From contig OY970357.1 in NCBI GenBank assembly GCA_963718585.1, forward strand, positions 150,001 through 182,000: a stretch of DNA of 32,000 bases, read 5' to 3'. How positions within the stretch are numbered: the first letter of the stretch is position 1; every line of letters starts with the position of its first letter. The stretch comes from Candidatus Saccharimonadota bacterium. Lineage in GTDB: Bacteria; Patescibacteriota; Patescibacteriia; 2-12-FULL-60-25. The position numbers were made by a program, and so were the translations under genes. Shown in pieces: positions 23,510 through 31,109 of this stretch. The notes under the pieces are model-generated. The model was not told the DNA's origin, did not search any database, and saw only the letters and a list, made by a program, of their open reading frames with translations.

Positions 23510-25010
23510 ATTTCCGATTGTTCTCCTTTTTGAGTCCAGGGATCACGCCTTTGATCCACGTGGCAAGTCCCGCGCGGGCGAATTGGCGGATCTTGGAGCG
23601 CGCATGACGGGTCTTCACGAAATGGAGCCAATCCGGGTTCGGTCCTTTGCGGTTCCGGTCCGTGACGATCTCTACGACATCGCCGGACTTGAGTGGGCGG
23701 TCCAACGGGGCCATGTCCTCATTTACCTTGGCCGCCGTACAGGTGTTGCCGATATCCGTATGGATCGCGTATGCGAAATCAACGGGGGTGGAATCTTCCG
23801 GAAGGTCGATGACCTCTCCTTGAGGGGTGAAGACAAAGATCCGGTCTTTGAAGATGTCGATCTTGATCTCTTCAAGCGAACGGAGATACTGCCGACGGTC
23901 TGAGATCTCTCGTTGGATGTCCGCTAATTGGGCCATCCAGTCGATCTTCGGGGCATCATGATCGGCTTTGAATTTCCGTTCATCATACGACCAGTGTGCG
24001 GCGATGCCGAATTCAGCCGCTTCGTGCATCTCCGGCGTCCGGATCTGGAATTCGACGATCTCGCCATCATCACAAAAGACCGTGGTATGCAGGGAACGGT
24101 AGCCATTCGGTTTCGGTTGGGCGATGTAGTCCTTGATCCGGCCTTTGAGCGGAGTCCAGCGTCCATGGATCACGCCGAGTGCGGCGTAGCAATCCGCGAT
24201 CGTGGGCACGAGGACCCGGACGGCGATGATGTCGTAGATCCGCGCGATGCTGCGGTCGTTCTTCAGGAGTTTTTTGTACAGTGAATAGAGATGTTTGGTC
24301 CGACCGTGGACGTCCGCAAACGTAATGCCGGTCTTTTCAAGATCCGTGCGGATCGAGGACATGATCTGTTCCAGGTAGGCGTCTTTGCCGGTCGTCGCAT
24401 TCGCCGCCAGTGTCTTGGTCCATTCGTACTCTTTGGGGAGGACATAGCGGAACGCGGCATCTTCCAAGCGGCCCTTCATCTCACCCATCCCCAGTCGATT
24501 GGCGATCGGGGCATAGATATCCAAGCTTTCCAGTGCGATGCGATATTGTTTTTTTGGAGGGATGGCGTCCAGGGTCTCGAGGTTGTGCAGGCGGTCGGCG
24601 AATTTGATGATGATGACGCGGACATCTTCGGCGATCGCGATGAACATCTTCCGCAGGTTCTCGATGTACCGTTCCATCCCGCGATATTTGATCTTCCCCA
24701 GCTTGGTGATCCCCGCGACGAGTGTCGTGACCTCTTCACCGAATACCTCTCGGATATCTTCGAGCGTGCGGGTCGTGTCTTCCGGTACATCGTGCAGGAT
24801 GGATGCGATGATGATGACGGGCGGGAGCCGCATCTCGGCCAGCGTCATGGCCGCGGCCAACGGATGGATGATATAGGGTTCGCCGCTCGCGCGTTTTTGT
24901 TTCGCATGGGCCTCAGCCGCAAAATCGTAGGCCTTTTGGATCTGCGCCAAATCCGCCTGCGGGTCGTAGGCGCGGACGAGATCCACCAGTTGATCGATGG
25001 TTTGCGGCAT
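23508..25010 (-). CDS. rel: Bifunctional-type (p)ppGpp synthetase/hydrolase Rel/SpoT, short form (HD + synthetase + TGS, no distal C-terminal domains)
   Basis: Evidence is the HD domain (LHDVPEDT), the synthetase region (YRSLHTTV, EFQIRT) and TGS (IFVFTPQGEVIDLPEDSTPVDFAYAIH). The start was taken at the ATG at 25010 (cctATG). A TTG at 25052 would lie inside the predicted promoter. Confidence 0.9.
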   Translation of the reverse strand: MPQTIDQLVDLVRAYDPQADLAQIQKAYDFAAEAHAKQKRASGEPYIIHPLAAAMTLAEMRLPPVIIIASILHDVPEDTTRTLEDIREVFGEEVTTLVAGITKLGKIKYRGMERYIENLRKMFIAIAEDVRVIIIKFADRLHNLETLDAIPPKKQYRIALESLDIYAPIANRLGMGEMKGRLEDAAFRYVLPKEYEWTKTLAANATTGKDAYLEQIMSSIRTDLEKTGITFADVHGRTKHLYSLYKKLLKNDRSIARIYDIIAVRVLVPTIADCYAALGVIHGRWTPLKGRIKDYIAQPKPNGYRSLHTTVFCDDGEIVEFQIRTPEMHEAAEFGIAAHWSYDERKFKADHDAPKIDWMAQLADIQREISDRRQYLRSLEEIKIDIFKDRIFVFTPQGEVIDLPEDSTPVDFAYAIHTDIGNTCTAAKVNEDMAPLDRPLKSGDVVEIVTDRNRKGPNPDWLHFVKTRHARSKIRQFARAGLATWIKGVIPGLKKENNRK

Positions 25011-25023
25011 AGGCAGCTTTTCT

Positions 25024-25052
25024 ATGCTAAGCCAGTCTTGCGAGACTGGCAA
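25024..25052 (-). promoter_or_regulatory. Candidate promoter TTGCCA-N17-TAGCAT for rel (minus strand)
   Basis: The hexamers and 17-nt spacer were read on the reverse complement. The -10 ends 13 nt before the ATG at 25010. Confidence 0.5.
25031..25050. promoter_or_regulatory. Perfect 20-bp palindrome GCCAGTCTTGCGAGACTGGC (candidate operator) inside the rel promoter spacer/-35
   Basis: The 8-bp arms plus the self-complementary TGCG/CGCA centre were read directly. It lies in the divergent rel / coiled-coil gene intergenic region. Confidence 0.45.
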
Positions 25053-25095
25053 TGGGCTTTCGGTCAGGGCTGAATTTTGCTACGCTGAGAGCCAT

Positions 25096-27054
25096 ATGAG
25101 CGCCCCTGCAGAAGCCCGACGGCCGGTCGAGACGCCGGAACGGCCCTCCTCCGATCCAGAGGCGGCGATCGATCGTGCGCTGGACAGCGGAGTCTTCGAG
25201 GCCGTGAAAGACGTCATGCAGTCCGAACGCGACGCTGAGATACAGGTGTTATCGTCATACGCAGAGATCGCGAATGATCTGGATGCACCTGACCTTACAG
25301 CCGCTGCACAACAGGAGGCGCAGGCCGCATCCGCCGAGATGCAGGCGGCGTGGGAGGCGGCGGCGCAAAAACTCACGATCGTATTCGGGGAGACGATGAT
25401 GCCGTCAGCCAGCGAAGCTCCGGAGACGACGAAGGCTACATGGGACCAGGCGGCGCAGGCGTATGAAGAAAGTTCAACACTCACGCCCGAACCATCGCAG
25501 GGAGAGGATCTCGCGAAGCTCGAAAAAGGGTGGGATGATCTGGCGAAGCGTCCGACGACCGCAGAAGCATCTTTGACGGCGCAAGAGCGTGTCGCGGAGA
25601 AAGAGCAGCAGATCGAGGACCGTCTACGTCAGATCCAGGGCATGATCTACGAGACAGCGGGTCAGGACATGCCAGCGGCGGAACGGACCGCTGCATTCCA
25701 GAAGATCGAGGCGCTTCAACGCCAGAATGTCGGTGATTGGGACGAGGTCAGGGATCTTTCCGCAAATACCGAACAGGGACTGGTCGCGCGGAACGAGGCG
25801 TTGAACGACGTACAATCGAATGTGACGGACATGTTGAAGTCGTTAGAGCGATTGACGTTCAACCCGGCGCTTGATGACGCGTCGCGTACGCAGGCGCACG
25901 AAGCCATCATGGGCAAGATGCAGGACAATCTTGCGCACTGGGATCTGATCAATAAGACAAAGAGTGGGAAGGGTCCTTCGGAATCTGAAGGATTGAAGCT
26001 GAAGATCGAACAGGGGATCGAGGCCGCCGGGTCGGCTGCAGAGGCGTTCATCGTCAGCGTGGAGCGTGGAGAGATGGCCCCGGGAACGAAAGAGCCGGAA
26101 GCGGTCCGTTTGGCGCGTGAGCGCGCGGGATTGGATGGGTTTGCTGGACGGATCAATGCCGCGGGCGAAGAGATGCAGCAACGGTATCCAGGGCCGGTAG
26201 AGCTCATGGCCGCGCAAAGCGCATTAGACGGAGCACGGCTCCGGCTGGAAGAGGCAAAGCAGACTGGAGCGGATGCGGGGCAGTTGCAGGCTTTGGAGGG
26301 GGAGGTCGCGAACGCACAGGCCGCCGCAGAAGCTGCGGAAGCTGCGCATCCGGACGTCGATATGCATCGCATCATCGACGTCGGGGTTCCCTTCGAAGAG
26401 GCGCTGGAGCAAGGCGAGGCGGCGCGTGAAGAGAAAGAGGAGCATCCGGAGCTTGCGGAACGGCGAAAACAGATAGGTGAGATCGCGGAAGAAATGACTC
26501 AAGCCGAGGAAAAAGGAGATGGCGCCGGGTACGAAGATGCGATCAGGAGCGCGATCGACGCGAAGCAGGGCTTGGCAGACGAACTGCGGAAATTGCCGGC
26601 ACCGACCGAAGCGCAACGTGAGGAATTGAAGCGATTGGAAGTCGAGATCGCGCAGCATGAAAAGGAGCTCGATCTTCGGGAAGGAAAGAACGAACTCTCT
26701 TCTCTGGAAGATCAAAAGCACGAGCTGGAGGTAAAGCTTGCGGAACTGGAAGCATCCGGTGCTTCTCCCGAAGAGATCGCTGCCGTCAAACAGGAGCTGG
26801 AAGATGTCGACGCGAAGCTCAAGGCGAAGCGCTCCTCTGTCGCGGATCTGGAGACCGTCCAAGGAAAGTATGATGATGTGTTGAGATCATACGGTGGTGT
26901 GATGGACTACAGCCCGGCCGGCCGGGCAAAACAAAAGAACGAATCAGGTGTCGCCGGGAAGATCGCGGATACGATCGTCGATGGGATCCATGATCCGTCC
27001 GTACTCGCGTTCGCGTTGCTGGATAAACTCGGCGTTGGCAAAGCCCGGCATTGA
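25096..27054 (+). CDS. Hypothetical acidic Glu/Ala-rich coiled-coil protein, 652 aa, no signal peptide or TM seen
   Basis: It is a long ORF with gene-like G/C third-position bias. The start is the ATG at 25096 (catATG). Heptad-like E/A/Q/L/K-rich stretches run throughout. No family was recognised. Confidence 0.7.
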   Translation: MSAPAEARRPVETPERPSSDPEAAIDRALDSGVFEAVKDVMQSERDAEIQVLSSYAEIANDLDAPDLTAAAQQEAQAASAEMQAAWEAAAQKLTIVFGETMMPSASEAPETTKATWDQAAQAYEESSTLTPEPSQGEDLAKLEKGWDDLAKRPTTAEASLTAQERVAEKEQQIEDRLRQIQGMIYETAGQDMPAAERTAAFQKIEALQRQNVGDWDEVRDLSANTEQGLVARNEALNDVQSNVTDMLKSLERLTFNPALDDASRTQAHEAIMGKMQDNLAHWDLINKTKSGKGPSESEGLKLKIEQGIEAAGSAAEAFIVSVERGEMAPGTKEPEAVRLARERAGLDGFAGRINAAGEEMQQRYPGPVELMAAQSALDGARLRLEEAKQTGADAGQLQALEGEVANAQAAAEAAEAAHPDVDMHRIIDVGVPFEEALEQGEAAREEKEEHPELAERRKQIGEIAEEMTQAEEKGDGAGYEDAIRSAIDAKQGLADELRKLPAPTEAQREELKRLEVEIAQHEKELDLREGKNELSSLEDQKHELEVKLAELEASGASPEEIAAVKQELEDVDAKLKAKRSSVADLETVQGKYDDVLRSYGGVMDYSPAGRAKQKNESGVAGKIADTIVDGIHDPSVLAFALLDKLGVGKARH

Positions 27055-27061
27055 ATCAAAA

Positions 27062-27084
27062 AACGCCCCCGGTCGGGGGGCGTT
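27062..27084. terminator. Terminator hairpin between the convergent coiled-coil gene and topA
   Basis: AACGCCCCC-ggtcg-GGGGGCGTT. The A6 on the left gives a U-run for the minus-strand (topA) transcript. The U-tract is weak for the plus direction. Confidence 0.65.
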
Positions 27085-27087
27085 CCC

Positions 27088-29322
27088 TTAATCCGTCTCG
27101 ACCTTGCGGGTATATCCGCAGCCGTCATTCGGACAAGCGATCTTTGATTTGCCTTTCTGGACCAGGGTGGGATACCCGCATTGTGGGCAGGGATCGCCGG
27201 TCGGGCGGTCCCAGAACGCCTGGTCGCATTCCGGGTAGCGATTACAGGAAAAGAAGATCTTCCCCTTCTTGGATTTGCGTTCGACGATCGTGCCTTTTTT
27301 GCATTTCGGGCAGGTGATGGGCTGACCGTTTTCGTCCAAGACCGGTTTTTCGATGTTCTTGATCGTCTTGCACTCTGGATACCGTGAGCAGGAGAGGAAC
27401 GGACCGTAACGTCCGATCTTCTTTACCATGGGCGCACCGCAGGTCGGGCAGATCTCATCCGTCGGTTCGGGCTCTGCACGTTTCGCCTCCCCGGGCATGG
27501 GTTTCGTGAATTTGCATTCCGGATAACGCGTACAGGCGAGGAACCGTCCGAAGCGGCCGTGCTTCACGACCATCGGACTTCCGCATTTTTCGCAGACTTG
27601 GCCTTCAGCTTCGGCCTGCGCTTCTTCCTCGACGGCCTTCTCTTGCTTCTTGAGATTGATCTCAAACGGACCGTAGAATGCCTCAAGAAGGGGCTGCCAT
27701 TCCATCTCGCCGTCCGCGATGCGATCGAGCGAATTCTCCATGCGGGACGTGAAGTCAAAGTCCACGATATCGGGGAAGTGCTTCACGAGCAGATCCGTGA
27801 CCTCGCTCCCGGTCTGGGTCGGGACAAGCCGTTTGCGGTCGTCGCGCTCCACGTAATCGCGTTCGATGATCGTGGAGATGGTCGGCGCATAGGTAGACGG
27901 CCGGCCGATCCCAAGTTCTTCAAGGGATTTCACGAGCGACGCATCGGTGTAGCGCGGCGGCGGTTCGGTGAAGTGTTGTTTCCCTTCGATCGATTCCGGC
28001 TTCACATCCATACCCTCTTCGAGTTTTGGAAGGAATTTGTCCTTGTCCTGATCGGGGAAGAGCTTCAAATACCCGTCGAAGACGACGCGCTGACCCGTTG
28101 CGCGGAACATGGCACGTTCGGCGGTGAGGTCTGCGGCCGTATTCTCGAGTTTTGCGTCTGCCATCTGCGTCGCGACGGCGCGTTGCCAGATGAGTCGATA
28201 GAGTTTGAGGTCACTCGCGTCCAGATGTTTGGCCATGGACTCCGGCGTCCGCGTCGGATCCGAGGGTCGGATCGCCTCGTGCGCCTCCTGTGCGCCCTTG
28301 GATTTGGTCTTGTACCGCCGCGGGGAGCCAAGTCCATATTCCGCGCCGTATGCCTTCGTGATGTGCGCCGCAGCTTCCCCTGTGAATTTATCACTCAGGT
28401 TCACCGAGTCGGTACGCATGTAGGTGATGAGACCGACGGCGCCAGATGTGCCAAGTTCAACCCCCTCATACAGCCGCTGCGCGATGCGCATGGTCTGCTT
28501 GGCCGAGAAGCCGAGCCGTTTGTTCGCCTCCTGTTGGAGCGTGGAGGTCGTGAACGGCGGCGGTGGGCTCGCTTTGCGGTCTTTGGTCTCGACCTTGGTG
28601 ATCGCAAATGGCTTCCCTTCGAGCTGCTTCAGGATCGCATCCGTATCATCCTTCGATCTGAGCGCCATCTTATCGAGCGTCTTGCCGTCGAGTGCGTGCA
28701 GTTTCGCTTCAAAGGTCTCGCCACTCTTCGGTTCCTTGAACAGTCCTTCGACGGACCAGTATTCCACGGGCACGAACGCTTGGATCTCACGTTCGCGATC
28801 CACGACGAGGCGGAGCGCGACCGATTGGACACGGCCAGCCGAGAGTCCCCGGCGCACTTTACGCCACAGGAACGGGGAGAGCTCATACCCCACAAGCCGG
28901 TCGAGGATGCGACGTGCCTGCTGGGCATTCACCAGCCGGAGGTCGAGTTTGCGTGGATGCGACAATGCTTCAAGGATCGCGTTCTCGGTGATCTCGTGGA
29001 ATGTGATGCGGTCGACCTTCTCCGGATCCTCGTCCAAAACGTGCGCGAGGTGCCAGGCGATCGCCTCTCCTTCACGGTCTTCATCAGTGGCGAGGAGGAC
29101 CTTCTTGGCTTTTTTAGCTGCGGTCTTGATCTGCTTCACCTTGTCCTTATGATCCGATGCGACGACGTACGATGGTTCAAAGCCATGTTTGACGTCGACG
29201 CCGATCTTGGATTTGGGGAGATCCCGGATATGTCCGAAGCTGGCGAGGACCGTGTAGTCCTTGCCGAGGAAGCGAGAGATCGTCTTCGCTTTAGTGGGAG
29301 ATTCGACGATGACCAAGTTCAT
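27088..29322 (-). CDS. topA: DNA topoisomerase I with four C-terminal Zn-ribbon motifs
   Basis: Evidence is the TOPRIM N-terminus (MNLVIVESPTKAKTI...LATDEDREGEAIAWH), the active-site region (ITYMRTDS), and four CxxC...C..C fingers. Confidence 0.95.
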   Translation of the reverse strand: MNLVIVESPTKAKTISRFLGKDYTVLASFGHIRDLPKSKIGVDVKHGFEPSYVVASDHKDKVKQIKTAAKKAKKVLLATDEDREGEAIAWHLAHVLDEDPEKVDRITFHEITENAILEALSHPRKLDLRLVNAQQARRILDRLVGYELSPFLWRKVRRGLSAGRVQSVALRLVVDREREIQAFVPVEYWSVEGLFKEPKSGETFEAKLHALDGKTLDKMALRSKDDTDAILKQLEGKPFAITKVETKDRKASPPPPFTTSTLQQEANKRLGFSAKQTMRIAQRLYEGVELGTSGAVGLITYMRTDSVNLSDKFTGEAAAHITKAYGAEYGLGSPRRYKTKSKGAQEAHEAIRPSDPTRTPESMAKHLDASDLKLYRLIWQRAVATQMADAKLENTAADLTAERAMFRATGQRVVFDGYLKLFPDQDKDKFLPKLEEGMDVKPESIEGKQHFTEPPPRYTDASLVKSLEELGIGRPSTYAPTISTIIERDYVERDDRKRLVPTQTGSEVTDLLVKHFPDIVDFDFTSRMENSLDRIADGEMEWQPLLEAFYGPFEINLKKQEKAVEEEAQAEAEGQVCEKCGSPMVVKHGRFGRFLACTRYPECKFTKPMPGEAKRAEPEPTDEICPTCGAPMVKKIGRYGPFLSCSRYPECKTIKNIEKPVLDENGQPITCPKCKKGTIVERKSKKGKIFFSCNRYPECDQAFWDRPTGDPCPQCGYPTLVQKGKSKIACPNDGCGYTRKVETD

Positions 29323-29379
29323 AACGTGGCAACAAGATAACAGACAGAGCCTGTGATGTACCAGCGATCAAGCAAAATG

Positions 29380-30540
29380 TCAATGGATATGGCCATTTTT
29401 CGCGATCATTTGGCCACCCATTGGAGAAATGGCGTTTTTGAGTTCTAGGCCGCTCACGAGCGGAAGGAGGGCGCTGGGTGTGAGGTCGAGACGCCGGGCG
29501 AGCTCATCGAGGGCAAGGGGTTCGTTCAGGGCATTGAGGACGCGACGTTCCGGATCTGTGAGGTCTGCGATCCGGATCAGTGGCCGGGGCGGGAGATCGG
29601 AGAGGACATCTTCCGGACCCAGGCAGGGAGTGGCGCCGTCACGGATCAGCCGATTCGTTCCCGTACTCTGTCGGGAGGTGATGGGGCCTGGGACCGCGAA
29701 GACCTCCCGGTTCTGCTCTAGCGCTTGGTGGGCGGTGATGAGGGATCCGGATCGTTCATCCGCCTCGACCACGACCACGATCTTTGCCAAGCCGGAGATG
29801 ATCCGGTTCCGGAGCGGAAAGTGGAACTTGTTCGATCCGGTGCCGGGCGGGAATTCGGAGATGATCGAGCCACCCTCGTTCAAGATCCGATGGGCGAGGC
29901 CGATATTCGTCCGCGGGTAGAGCGAGGCGTCATCGCATCCCGTCCCGAGGACGGCGACGCAAGCGCCGCCGGCATCCAAGGCCGCCGCGTGCGCGATCGC
30001 GTCGATCCCGAGTGCGAGTCCGGAGATGACACAGGCGCCGGTGCGGGCGAACGCCTCTCCAAGGAGTGATGCGACGCGGCGTCCGTACATCGTACACGCG
30101 CGCGTGCCTACGATCGCGATCGGGAGTCGGTCGTCTGTGAGGGGCGTGCCACGAATGAAGAGCGCGAATGGCGGGTCCGCGATCTCGGCGAGCAGGCGTG
30201 GGTAGGTCTCGTCCGTGCGGAGGACAAAGGCGATCCCTTCCGCATCCATGCGCGCGATGGCAGATCCCGGGTCGAACGTTTTCCGGTGTTCGACAAATCG
30301 ATCGATCACATGTGCAGGATGGCCCAGACGCGCGAGCGTCTTCCGGTCGACCTGCGCGGCGCGTGTGCCGTCTCCATACTGCGCGTGGAGGCGGGTAAAC
30401 GTCTTACTGCCAAATCCATCGAACGAGTTCAGCATCAACCAGCCCATGCGGTCGGGGCACCAGGTTACGGGGAGTTGGACGTGGGACGTTGGGAGTGGAG
30501 GCACTCTTCCACCGCTGCCCGAGTTCAACTGAAACGTCAA
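29380..30540 (-). CDS. dprA: DNA processing protein DprA (Smf)
   Basis: The Rossmann core AIVGTRACTMYG...SGLALGIDAIAHAAAL...VAVLGTGCD..YP...SEFPPGT matches DprA, as does the dprA-topA adjacency. The start is uncertain (TTG 30540 or ATG 30447). Confidence 0.88.
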   Translation of the reverse strand: MTFQLNSGSGGRVPPLPTSHVQLPVTWCPDRMGWLMLNSFDGFGSKTFTRLHAQYGDGTRAAQVDRKTLARLGHPAHVIDRFVEHRKTFDPGSAIARMDAEGIAFVLRTDETYPRLLAEIADPPFALFIRGTPLTDDRLPIAIVGTRACTMYGRRVASLLGEAFARTGACVISGLALGIDAIAHAAALDAGGACVAVLGTGCDDASLYPRTNIGLAHRILNEGGSIISEFPPGTGSNKFHFPLRNRIISGLAKIVVVVEADERSGSLITAHQALEQNREVFAVPGPITSRQSTGTNRLIRDGATPCLGPEDVLSDLPPRPLIRIADLTDPERRVLNALNEPLALDELARRLDLTPSALLPLVSGLELKNAISPMGGQMIAKNGHIH

Positions 30541-30550
30541 GCGCGCCCGA

Positions 30551-31108
30551 TCAGGCGCGCTTGTTCCACTGGGTCATGGCGGCGTCGAGACCGTCGGTGA
30601 TCCATGTTCGGATCGCATCTGGTGCGCGAGCGATCGTTTCGAGCGTCCGCTCATCCGCGTTCTGCAGGACCCAATCTTCGGTCGGGATCAGACCCTCGGG
30701 CCGGCCGATGCCGATCCGGAGGCGATCGATGTCACTGCGACCGAAGAGTTCCTGGATCGAGGTGATGCCGTTATGCCCGGCTGCGCCCCCTTTGGCCAAA
30801 AAGGCCATGGCTCCAGGCGGGAGGTCCATCTCATCCTGAACGATCAGAATGTCTTCCGGGCCTACCTTATAATAGGAAGCAAGAGCGGTCGCCGCCTCGC
30901 CCGAGAGGTTCATGAAGGTCGTAGGCTTGGCCAGGAGGATGGTCGTTCCAGCGATCTGGCACTTTGCGACCCAGGCGTGATGCTTTGCGTCTTCGGACCA
31001 GGCGGCACCTTCGTCTGTCACGAGCGCGTCGACGGAAAGGAATCCAGCGTTGTGCCGGGTCTTTTCGTACTCTATTCCGGGATTGCCGAGACCGACGATG
31101 AGTTTCAT
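30551..31108 (-). CDS. pth: Peptidyl-tRNA hydrolase
   Basis: MKLIVGLGNPGIEYEKTRHNAGF and GHNG(I) match the Pth signatures. Confidence 0.93.
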   Translation of the reverse strand: MKLIVGLGNPGIEYEKTRHNAGFLSVDALVTDEGAAWSEDAKHHAWVAKCQIAGTTILLAKPTTFMNLSGEAATALASYYKVGPEDILIVQDEMDLPPGAMAFLAKGGAAGHNGITSIQELFGRSDIDRLRIGIGRPEGLIPTEDWVLQNADERTLETIARAPDAIRTWITDGLDAAMTQWNKRA

Positions 31109-31109
31109 A

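Noticed and set aside
23552-23567. parS-like sequence TGATCCACGTGGCAAG just downstream of parB
   Set aside because: It matches the TGTTNCACGTGAAACA consensus only in the CCACGTGG core, with about 4 mismatches in the arms. It also lies inside the rel coding sequence. Other CACGTG-containing sites (e.g. about 19505) are no better, so no convincing parS was found in the window.
27559-29340. 593-aa ORF on the plus strand
   Set aside because: It is entirely antisense to topA, whose homology is unambiguous. Its Arg/Asp/Glu/Gly/His-rich, motif-less composition is typical of shadow ORFs opposite GC-rich genes.
30541-30560. GC-rich inverted repeat GCGCGCC-cgatca-GGCGCGC spanning the pth stop and the dprA upstream region
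   Set aside because: It is short and made of GC-rich sequence that easily forms such repeats by chance. It overlaps coding sequence and lacks a U-tract. It may affect translational coupling, but nothing supports a specific function.
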